DNA of 64,000 bases from Raillietiella orientalis (lineage: Eukaryota). Below the pieces are notes generated by a model, which did not search any database, had not been told where the DNA came from, and saw only the letters and a program-made list of their open reading frames with translations. Below are positions 46,953 to 56,715 of the stretch, piece after piece. Location of the stretch: the NCBI GenBank assembly GCA_036172245.1, contig JAYWIR010000001.1, positions 7,998,001-8,062,000 of the forward strand. Direction: 5' to 3'. Positions within the stretch are counted from its first letter, which is position 1; every line of letters starts with the position of its first letter. The translations under genes and the position numbers were made by a program.

Positions 46953-48033
46953 TGTCACCCGGGTGCGCCGGGGCGTTTATTATAAACTATCCGGGAACAG
47001 GGTTCCCGGACAAAGGGGAAAACAAGAGACGAAGGGGGTGGGATCCCCGACACGCAGGTAGGTATGACGAAAGTCCGGAACGGGAGGGAAGGGACCACAA
47101 ACACACTACTATATAAAAAAATAAAAGAAAAATATGGAGGGCAGGGGACAGGGCTCTTTGGTGAGTCCGTTCCTTCCTTTCAAAACCGGCGATGGATGCC
47201 GGCGATCTCTCTCCTTACGCCCTGTGGCAGATGGGCCCACTGGGCAGCCGACGACATGTTTGCGCTGGCTAATCCGGTGGGCTGACGAAGGATGGCCAGC
47301 TTCTCCAACTCTCGGTGGGCCATGTCGATGGCGCGGGTGCAACACACGGTTGCAACGACAGCACCCAATGACAGGCCGCCTGGCGTGAAGAAGCGGCGCA
47401 TCAACTCCCTCGCGGTGTCCCCCTGGTGCAGGAGAGCTGAGGCCAGCCTCCGCCAGAGTCCTAGAAGGGCACCGCAGTCCAGGAGCAGGTGCGGGAGCGT
47501 TTCCACTTCCCCGCACCGCTTACAGTTTGGGGAGACGACTACCCCTTAAACAAGGTTCGTGCGCTGGTTGGAGTGAAAACCCCAATGCACCAGAATAATC
47601 ACGTCCTGCTTCCACGAAAGGGGGAACACAGAAGTGTTCAGACACGAGGGAGGAACCACAAGTTCTTCAAGGGGCACACTCAAGTGTTCGCTCCACCGAA
47701 GGAGTCCCTTCGGAACGTGGTGAGGTGTGGCGGCGTCCGCCAGCTCGCAAGTCTTCCAGACGCCAATAGGTCGCGTTGTTCCTGCGATGGTGCAGGCGAC
47801 CTCCCATCTCGCCGGTTCGCAACTGTCATCTCTTGCCCTGAGGGCTGACAGTGCGTCTTCGAGGGGGGTGACGGCCAGGCGGGTCCACTTCTCCTGGCTG
47901 TTGCACACCTCATCCTCCGTGCAGTACGGGGAGAGGTGAGCGCAACGGAGTTCCAGGAGGGAAACATCCTGGTGCTTTGCCCAGCCATGCAACGGTTCCT
48001 GCCGCCAGGCTTCAAAGTTCGTTGGGCGGTAGT
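46953..48033 (-). mobile_element. Subfamily C copy 1, 5'-truncated (~1.08 kb)
   Basis: Near-identical to the 3' end of C2; flanked by target copies g(a/g)acggttgat at 46939-46952 and 48034-48047. Confidence 0.93.
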
Positions 48034-48274
48034 GGGGGACGGTTGATTGTCACCCGGGTGCGCCGGGGCGTTTATTATAAACTATCCGGGAACAGGGTTC
48101 CCGGACAAAGGGGAAAACAAGAGACGAAGGGGGTGGGATCCCCGACACGCAGGTCGGTATGCCGAAAGTCCGGAACGGTAGGGAAGGGACCACAAACACA
48201 CTACTATATAAAAAAATAAAAGAAAAATATGGAGGGCAGGGGACAGGGGTCTTTGGTAAATCCGTTCCTTCCTT

Positions 48275-51200
48275 TCAAAACCGGCGATGGATGCCGGCGA
48301 TCTCTCTCCTTACGCCCTGTGGCAGATGGGCCCACTGGGCAGCCGACGACATGTTTGCGCTGGCTAATCCAGTGGGCTGACGAAGGATGGCCAGCTTCTC
48401 CAACTCTCGGTGGGCCTTATCGATGGCGCGGGTGCAACACACGGTTGCAACGACAGCACCCAATGACAGGCCGCCTGGCGTGAAGAAGCGGCGCATCAGC
48501 TCCCTCGCGGTGTCCCCCTGGTGCAGGAGAGCTGGAGCCAGCCTCCGCCACAGTCCTTCGAGGACACCGCAGACGAAGAGCAGAGGCGGGAGCGTTTCCA
48601 CTTCCCCGCACCGCTTACAGTTTGGGGAGACGACTCCCCCGGAAACAAGGTTCGTGCGCTGGTTGGAGTGAAAACCCCAATGCACGAGCATAATCACGTC
48701 CTGCTTCCACGAAAGGGGGAACACAGAAGTGTTCAGACACGAGGGAGGAACCACAAGTTCTTCAAGGGGCACACTCAAGTGTTCGCTCCACCGAAGGAGT
48801 CCCTTCGGAACGTGGCGAGGCGTGGCGGCGTCCGCCAGCTCGCAAGTCTTCCAGCCGCCAATAGGTCGCGTTGTTCCTGCGATGGTGCAGGCGACCTCCC
48901 ATCTCGCCGGTTCGCAACTGTCATCTCTTGCCCTGAGGGCTGACAGCGCGTCTTCGAGGGGGGTGACGGCCAGGCGGGTCCACTTCTCCTGGCTGTTGCA
49001 CACCTCATCCACCGTGCAGTACGGGGAGAGGTGAGCGCAACGGAGTTCCAGGAGGGAAACATCCTGGTGCTTTGCCCAGCCATGCAACGGTTCCTGCCGC
49101 CAGGCTTGAAAGTTCGTTGGGCGGCAGGAGATCCATTCCTGGGCTTCCAGGAGCCGATACAGCGGTTTCAAGGGGAAACCGAAGCTTCTCGTGGCGCGCT
49201 CCGTGTGCGGCCGCAGCGACAGAAGTCCATCGCTGCCTGTGCAGCGCCGCAGAAGCAGGCGCGCGGGAGCGCACCACGGAGTGGACCAAAGGTTGGCGCA
49301 CAGGGCCAACATCCGAAGCTGCACCTGCAGCTCGATTCTCTCCAGCGTCAGGATGCCTAATCCAGCATCCCGACGCGGAGCCGCCACGTCTTTGAGGCGG
49401 ATCCTGGACCTCGCAGGTCCCCACAGAGCGTTCCTCAACAGGCTGTGCGCCTGGAGCTTGGCCGAGTAGGGGGGCGGGCAAACAAAAAGCAGGGGGCGCA
49501 AGAGAGGGGCAACGAAGGTGTTCCATATCGTGGCCCGCTCCGGCAGGACGACCCTGCCATGGTGGAACGGGCTCAGGGCATTCGAAGCCTTCCGAAGGCA
49601 GTCCGACCACACTTCCATTGGGCTGATGTTCCCCAGCGGAACGCCCAGATATTGCACGGAGGACGCGGTCGGGATCCCCAGGCGGATCCAGTCGGACTGC
49701 CCCTCCCACGCCGCACCAATAGGTACGACCACGCTCTTGCTCCGGTTTACGCTCATGCCCGCTCCCCGGCGAATCAGCTCGAAGAAATCCTCGAGACTGG
49801 ATGCCGGGGTGGTCATGGGTAAGAGGAGGAGCAGGTCGTCAGCATAGGCCGCCACGGACGGCGTTCCTGGACAAGAGCTCGGCAGGTTGGCCAGCGTCAG
49901 CCTGTACGCCCTCAGCACCAACTCAAAGAAGATGCTGAAGAGCAACGGGCTTAAGCTGTCGCCCTGCCTGATGCCCCGCCGCACCGGCACGCCGTACACG
50001 TGGCAGCCGCTAAAAGAGATCGAAATGAGCGCGTGGCGCCAGCAAGCGCGCAAATACGCCACGAGGTGCACCGGGAGACCGAGGCGTTCCAGGAGCTCCA
50101 GCAGGAGATCCTGATTTACGCAATCGAACGCCTTGCGGAGATCGACCGCGACCGCCAAGGCACCCGGCGCTTCCCCAGGGCGAATGCAGCGACGCCTAGC
50201 CTCGGCAGCCGCAGACGCGGTTGCCTGGCTGTCGTGCGCCACGCAGCGTTGCAGCTCGAGCCACGTGCGCGCGAAGAACAGGTTCGCCTCCATGGACCGC
50301 CCGGGAACAGCGTAAGACTGCTCCGGACTTACCACGGATCCAGCGATCCTGCCCAGGCGCGCGACCCACAGCCTGGAGAACAACTTGACGTCCGCATTCA
50401 CCAAGGTGATGGGACGCCAGTTGCTTAAATGGCGCATGTCTCCGCCTTTCGGCAACAGACGCACCCTTGCTGAGCGAAACGAGGCCGGGACATTGCCCGT
50501 CTCTCGCATCAGCGCAGAAAGCCTCAGCACCAGGGGGATGAGTTCCGCCGCGAAGCACTGGAAGAACTCCGCAGGCAGACCATCCTCACCTGGCGCCTTG
50601 CGCTTCTTGAGGCCCGCTATGGCGGAAGACACTTCTTCCGCCGTGAAGGGCAGGTCAAGAGTGGCGCGTTCCTCCTCGTCGACCGCCGGGGAATCCGCCG
50701 GCAGAAGCAGCTCCGAGAGACTGCGTTCCGTCGGCTCCCTAGCGTACAACAAGGAGTAATAGCGCTTTAGGAGGCGGCGAACTTCGGCCGCGCCCGAGCA
50801 CTCCAGGCCCTGGTCGTCGAGCAGACAAGCTGCTCCTGACTGCCAGACCTGGCGCTCGGCCTTGGCCTTGTACTCCGCAAGGTACCGGACGTCCGGGCAT
50901 CGGAAGAATTGGCGGGCCTGCAGAAACTCTCTGCTGTTGGCCACGCCTTCCCCGAAGCCACGGGGAAGCAGGCGCAAGGGGAACCGGCTGCAGAACTCGC
51001 GGACCGATCTTTTCAGATCGTCCCAGTCCACGAGCTCTCGAACGGCAAAGGTCCGGAGATGCTGGCGGAGGTGCTCCGCAGCCACCGGATTTCTCAACCA
51101 GTCGGCCGGCAACCTCCAGACGTGCGTCGGAGGGCCCTTGCCAGGCGGGAGTAGCTCAAACTCCAGCCTGTAGTGGTCGGAAAGCTCGGACGGCACGGGA

Positions 51201-51853
51201 CCTCTTCGACCCACCCGGCAATGCAGGTGATCGTCGAGGAACACATGGTCCGGCAAAGCACGCATTCCGGGATCGTCGGCCAGCAAATTCGAGGCGTGCA
51301 CCGACGCGCAAACCTCGTTCACCAGCCGTTTCTCCCGGCGACGGTGAGACTCCTCCGATAGCGCGTGGACGTTGAAGTCCCCGGCTACGAGGTGAGCCAC
51401 GTCGGGGCCGGAGTTGCTGAGCCAGCGGTCGCGCAGTCTCTCGAAAAACTCCAGTTTCTCGGTGTGACGCGCGGAGCCGCTCGGCGCGTACACGTTCGTG
51501 ACGACAAGGTTGATCGATTCGGACCACTTGAGAACAAGTTGGCCCACACGACCTTCCTCGTCGAAACAAACGCTCCGCATCGCTCCCGCCACCCTGCCCC
51601 GGACAAGGAATGCGACTCCGCAGGTATTCTGGGAGCCTGACCTCCAATGGAGCGTCCCGCCTGCGCGAACTTGCAGATCGGCCGCTTGCTGCTCGGAGAG
51701 TGCGTGAATCTCCTGCAGCAGGGCCAGATCGAAGTCGCGCAAGACGTTGGCAACCAATCGCCTCTTCTCGTTGTCCTGCAGCCCGTTGACGTTCCAGCAG
51801 GCCACTCGGACGCGACGGGAAGAAGCGAGACCGCGCATTGCTGCTACGGACAT
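48275..51853 (-). CDS. Uninterrupted ORF2: APE endonuclease, reverse transcriptase and C-terminal knuckle (1192 aa; may start at the second Met, MRGLAS)
   Basis: WNVNG, LQE, NVYAP, GDFN, DH, SDH; APGEDG, WRPI, KAFD, QGDSLSP, YADD, YLG; CKRC...ETLPP (His replaced by Pro). Confidence 0.95.
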   Translation of the reverse strand: MSVAAMRGLASSRRVRVACWNVNGLQDNEKRRLVANVLRDFDLALLQEIHALSEQQAADLQVRAGGTLHWRSGSQNTCGVAFLVRGRVAGAMRSVCFDEEGRVGQLVLKWSESINLVVTNVYAPSGSARHTEKLEFFERLRDRWLSNSGPDVAHLVAGDFNVHALSEESHRRREKRLVNEVCASVHASNLLADDPGMRALPDHVFLDDHLHCRVGRRGPVPSELSDHYRLEFELLPPGKGPPTHVWRLPADWLRNPVAAEHLRQHLRTFAVRELVDWDDLKRSVREFCSRFPLRLLPRGFGEGVANSREFLQARQFFRCPDVRYLAEYKAKAERQVWQSGAACLLDDQGLECSGAAEVRRLLKRYYSLLYAREPTERSLSELLLPADSPAVDEEERATLDLPFTAEEVSSAIAGLKKRKAPGEDGLPAEFFQCFAAELIPLVLRLSALMRETGNVPASFRSARVRLLPKGGDMRHLSNWRPITLVNADVKLFSRLWVARLGRIAGSVVSPEQSYAVPGRSMEANLFFARTWLELQRCVAHDSQATASAAAEARRRCIRPGEAPGALAVAVDLRKAFDCVNQDLLLELLERLGLPVHLVAYLRACWRHALISISFSGCHVYGVPVRRGIRQGDSLSPLLFSIFFELVLRAYRLTLANLPSSCPGTPSVAAYADDLLLLLPMTTPASSLEDFFELIRRGAGMSVNRSKSVVVPIGAAWEGQSDWIRLGIPTASSVQYLGVPLGNISPMEVWSDCLRKASNALSPFHHGRVVLPERATIWNTFVAPLLRPLLFVCPPPYSAKLQAHSLLRNALWGPARSRIRLKDVAAPRRDAGLGILTLERIELQVQLRMLALCANLWSTPWCAPARLLLRRCTGSDGLLSLRPHTERATRSFGFPLKPLYRLLEAQEWISCRPTNFQAWRQEPLHGWAKHQDVSLLELRCAHLSPYCTVDEVCNSQEKWTRLAVTPLEDALSALRARDDSCEPARWEVACTIAGTTRPIGGWKTCELADAATPRHVPKGLLRWSEHLSVPLEELVVPPSCLNTSVFPLSWKQDVIMLVHWGFHSNQRTNLVSGGVVSPNCKRCGEVETLPPLLFVCGVLEGLWRRLAPALLHQGDTARELMRRFFTPGGLSLGAVVATVCCTRAIDKAHRELEKLAILRQPTGLASANMSSAAQWAHLPQGVRREIAGIHRRF

Positions 51854-53756
51854 GGAGGTGCGTTCCTCGCCCCGTCCGGCGAGGCATCAGCCGGGAGCAC
51901 GGCGGATGAGGTAGCGCAAGCGCTTCCTGTCCCCGCCGCGCCGCTCGCGGCCGGCTCGGTGGAGTCGAGGACCATTGCCTCGGGCTCCGAGGAGCATCGG
52001 TAACCGTTCCCGGCATCAGGCTCTTGCCTGGCAAGTTTTGGCTTGCGCGCAGCCCTGGCCTTGACCGGGGCTTGGCGAGCCTTAGCGCTGCCCTCGGACT
52101 CCACCTCGGAGTCCGAATTGCGCGCGCGCGGCGGCGGGCGTTTCGCCTGCCTCTTTGTTTGCTGGCAGCCCGGAGCTGGTCCAGCACTCTTAGAGGGCGC
52201 CTTCGTCGCCGATCCCCCTTTCGGGGTCACGGCTTCGGCAGCTCCCCTCTCGCCGCGGGTGTTTGCGGCGGCGCGCGCGGCGGCAGCAGAGGCTTTTCCT
52301 TGCGCCTTTCTGGGCGCGCGGAGTTGCCTCTTCACCCCGCCTACCTTTTGGATCGGGAAGTGGGAAGGATCGCGCGGTTTGCGCTCCTTCTTTCCCCCGA
52401 CGAAGGTCCAGCCATCCTCGCCGCCTTCCTGTTTGCCCCGGTTGGGCGCGAGGGCTTCCAGGGTCCTTCGCATCCTTTCCAAGGCCTCGGATACGGCGAT
52501 GGAGGCCAGTGTCTCCTTCGCCACGTCTGCCTTCTGCACCTCCTTACCGGGAGGTGCGGGCACAGTGGCGGGATTCTCGGGTGTCGCGCGAGGCTTTTCA
52601 GCCTTTGCTGGCGTTCGGCCCGCCGTGGCCGGCTTGCCTGTCGCGGGCAAAGGGGCGCGCGACCCCTTTTTCGACGCTCCGGTGGTCTTCCCGGGCGTGC
52701 CACCGCTATTTCGCTCCGGAGCGAGAGCGGACGGAAGCGGCGGTGGTTTTGCAGCCTGCCCGATGTTATCGGCGGGCTGGGTCGCTCGGGGCTTTACTGA
52801 AGCAGCCTGGAGGAGCTTCTTGTCCTTTCGCGCGGGTTTTTGTGGAGCATTGCTCCGAGAATCGCCCGCGCAAGCGGACTTTTCACTTCTCCGCTGAGAA
52901 TGCTCGTTCGCGCCTGATTTCTTCCCCGACGACGGGGCGGATGGAGTCGGCGCGGACGGCGATGTTGCGGGGGGGTTTCTCGCCCTCCTCTTTCGTTTCA
53001 GCTCGGCGCACTCGTTAATCGAGTGGCCGAGCAGCTTACAGTATCGGCAACTGCGTGTTGGGCACTTCCGCGGACGGTGGCCCTCCTTCCCGCAGTTGCC
53101 GCAAGCGGGGGTTTGCCCGGCAAACCGGAGATAGACGACGACGTCACCGAGGAGGATCTGCGAAGGCATGAGCCTCGGGTCGTCCATGGTGACGCGCGCC
53201 GTCGCGAGTCCGCAAGAGAGGCGCGCGACTTTATCGATCGGGTTCGCGCGCCTCCACATCGCGTGCACTGTGGCGAACGCCTCGAGTGCAACAATGATGT
53301 CGCGGTCCGTTATTCTCGGCCTAATTCCCGAGAGCTGGACCACGAACGATTGATCCAGGGCCGAGGGGACGACCTCCTTACCCCTGATGTTCAGGGGGGT
53401 TCGCAGTAGGCGCTGGACGAGGGCTGCATCCTTGCAGTGCACCTCCCAATGGCCTACCGCGCTCACTGGCATAATTGCCAGGAGATCGTCCTCTCGGACC
53501 CCTACGCGTTCCAGCTCGCTCCAGAGCTGGTTGCCCGTCCCATCCCGGTACGCGGCACTGACCTTGTAGGCCAGAGGGGGGTTGTAGCCGCTCGCGGCGT
53601 ACGCCCGCAGCTCTGCCTCGTCGGGTGGGGCTCCGTGAGCCGCCGCTGCCTTAGCAACGGCGGCAAAACTTCTCGCTGGAGGCGAGGGACGATCGGTAAA
53701 GGCTTCCGCTCCTCCCGAAGAAGGTCCTGCGGCGCAGGGGGATTCCTCCACCTCCA
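51844..53756 (-). CDS. ORF1 of C2, 5'-truncated but open
   Basis: CGNCGKEGHRPRKC and CRYCKLLGHSINEC. The first ~90 aa of the predicted 726-aa ORF are antisense host sequence. Confidence 0.85.
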
Positions 53757-55115
53757 GGGACGGTTGATGTGGCAATGCGGCACCCGATACACCTGCGGCG
53801 TCGCGTTTTTTATGAAGCCGGCAGTCGACGCAGCCGTGAAGGGCGTGCGCTTCGACGAGACCGGTCGTGTCGGCCAGCTGATTCTCAGGTGGTCCGACAC
53901 GATCGACCTCGTCGTAACAAATGTGTACGCTCCGAGCGGTCCTACCAGGTTCTAGGAACGTAAGGCGTTCCTGGAAACCCTGAAGCGCGACTAACTGGTA
54001 GAAGCGAACGTGCGCGTGGCTCACCTGATAGCGGGAGACTTTAATCTCCGTCTGCTATCAGGTGAGCCACACGCACAGGAACGGACGGCTAACCAGTTGT
54101 GCGCCGCCATGCGCACGCGCAACTTGTTAGGGGATCTTTCGGAAATGGTCAGCAGCATCGACCACGTCTTCCTGGATGTCGACCTGTGTTCACAGGTCGG
54201 CAAACGGGGGAAAGTTGCGTCGGAGCTATCTGATCATTTCCGGTTGATATTCGAGGTGTGCCCGCGCGACAAGGGCCCCCCATCCAGGGCGTGGCGTCTG
54301 CCTGGGGACTGGACGCGACTCTCAGGTGCGAAGGAACACCTTCGCGAATTCCTGAGAGGCGTCACCCTCCGCAATCTCGCTTGAAACCCGGGTGAGCCGG
54401 GACGTTTATTCTCACGAATAAACCTATATAATCTGTGACTGGACCAGTAGTCCAGCCACGCCCTGGAAAGATATGCTTGCCGGGCTACCGGTGCGCAGAC
54501 CGGCGCGGTCGACCTCGGCAGCAGAGGGGAGGGGGAACGAAACAAAAAGAAAACAAAAAAATAAACAAAATCAGGGAGGGAGCGGGAAGGGATCACAGTC
54601 TGCTGTGAGGGTCCGTCATCCTCTGGAGGATGCCGGCAAGCTGTTTCTGCGTGTGTGGTTCCAGATGGGGCCATCGCGTCGCCATCCTGAGGAAACGGGC
54701 GGCATACACGTTGGCATCCCTGTCGCTGGATCCTCCCGTCGCTTTGCTCCATGCCACGACGATCCCGCGTAGGCAGCACAGGGCTGCAAGCGAGGCCGCT
54801 GGAGGCAGGGCGTCACGGACGAAGAGGGGGCGCAAAGCGTCTCTGGGGTTGCCTCCGGGGATCCCCAGGGCTGCGGCAAAGCGTTCCCACAAGGGACGGA
54901 GGGCAACACAATCCACTAACAGGTGGGGGAGGTATTCCCTCTCCCCGCACTCGACACAATTAGGGTTGACACCCCCCCGCGTCCAGTGGTGTCGGCGGGC
55001 GTTGCAAGGAAGCCCCCAATGCAACACCAGCAGTGCCGACGGTCAGACGTGTTCTCTGCGCGCTCCTGACTCGCTCGACTTTATTGGTGTAGTGCGGTGC
55101 ATCAGTGGTCGGGGG

Positions 55116-56715
55116 ATGGCAGAAATGCCTGATCCCGCCACTAGTGAATGTGGGGTGGGGGCCGGGCGAACGTCCCCCGTACCCATGGAGATAGGGGCAC
55201 CTGCCCCGAAAGCTTCGTCCCTCGCGCCGGCGAGGGACTACAGCGCCGCGGTCGCCGCGCCATCTGCAGCGGCCATCGCCGAGGCCCAGGCCTACAAGGC
55301 CTACAACTACAACCCGAGTCTGCTGTATAAGGTAGGCCGGGTGTTTGATGACCGTGTGGCGCGCTCCTTCGAGAAGGAGCTCCACCGTTTGAACGTTAAC
55401 AAGGAGGATCTGCTGGGTCTCTCCATCCGCAGCGGGGGACAGCATGTCGAGTTGACCTGCAAAGAAGCAGGGTTGGCGCAAAGACTGCTGCGAACCCCCG
55501 TCAGGGTCGAGGGCCGCCAGATCTTCCCTGTCCCGGTGGACAACTCAATAGTTGTCCACCTCCGTGGAATCACCGTGCGGATGTCACCGAGCGCCGTTAG
55601 GGCTGAACTCAGCAAATTCGGCACCGTACACGCGCTGTGGCTGAAGCCCAACAGGTTCCGTACTTATGACGGACTCCTGAGCGGACTCGCCGCGGCACGT
55701 GTGACTGTGAATAAGGACATTGGGGTTCCCCATAAACTAGTAGTCGACGGAGATTCTGTCGACATCTGGTATCTGGGGAAACCCAAATACTGTGCGTTTT
55801 GTGATGGTACGGGGCACGTGAAGAAACGCTGCCCCAACATCACCTGCCGCAAGTGCGAGGCAATCGGGCACACGGAAGAAGTGTGCCCCAAAAAGACTTC
55901 GCGCGCGCCGGCTGCTGCCGTGAGCGGCACGAACGCGAGCAAGAAGCTTGGCAAGACGAGGCCGCCGTCTAAAAATACGGTTGACCCGGAGCCAGCCAAA
56001 AAGGGCATCCCGACCACCCCGTCTGCAGAAACGCAGGCAACCGAGGTGGAAGGAGAAGAGCCTGGCTGGCAAAAGGTCAGTCCAAAGAAAAAGATAGAAA
56101 AAGAGGACGTAAATAATAAAAATAAAGTCCCTGCAAAAACCGCGAAACCCGCGAAAAAGCAGGGACTGAAAAAATGCACGGTCGCACTGGAGCGCCTTGC
56201 AGACGCCGAAGTGCCGTGCGAACAGGACGTTGCCGTGTGCAACAACGCTGACAGCCCCGTCGCTGTGCAAACAGCGTCCGAGGGCTGCGGCGAGGGGGAG
56301 CCGCGATGACGCTGGCTTTGCAAAAGCCGCCGCCGAGCTCGCCGCCAGTCAGCAGCCTCCCGCAAAGGTCGGGAAGAAGGCCGTTCGACGTCCGGCCGAG
56401 AGGAGGGGGACCGGGACCTCGGACTCGGACCCGGAGACCGGACACGCACCATCCGCATCTGCACCCCCGAGGAAGACCGGAAGGGAAATCCGTAACCCGA
56501 GGAGGATCGTCTCCTCCGAGGAAGGGGAATCCTCCGGAAACGAGGGTGCGGCGAGCGTGGGAGAGATGGACACGAGTCCTGAACTCCCACGATCGGTCGA
56601 GACGGAGCCGATGGAGACGGAAGGGGTCGTCGAGCCGCCCCCCACCGCACAGGAGAAAGCCGGCGTCCCGCCCCTAGGCGAGGCGGGAGACGCAGCATCA
56701 CTTTCCCAGCAGTAA
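55116..56715 (+). pseudogene. ORF1 of D, one frameshift near 56300
   Basis: MAEMPD start; CAFCDGTGHVKKRC and CRKCEAIGHTEEVC; C-terminus in ORF 56197..56715 ending in TAATG. Confidence 0.85.

Larger units (their letters stand above)
48048..53756 (-). mobile_element. Subfamily C copy 2, near full-length (lacks 5'UTR and ORF1 start)
   Basis: TSD gggacggttgat at 48036-48047 and 53757-53768; 3' aataaacgccccggcgcacccgggtgaca. Confidence 0.95.
44653..54378 (+). mobile_element. Subfamily A copy 3 (44653-46952 and 53757-54378), split by C1/C2 and truncated by G
   Basis: 5' gcggacgtg after tcaacttggcgt. APE reads IAGERL| at 46952, resumes GRLMWQCG at 53757 and ends at VTLRNL (54378). Confidence 0.92.

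Noticed and set aside
43451-56309. Predicted ORFs 43451..44935, 51844..54024 and 54630..56309 as novel fusion genes
   Set aside because: Their N-terminal extensions are chance read-through across insertion junctions into antisense neighbour sequence.
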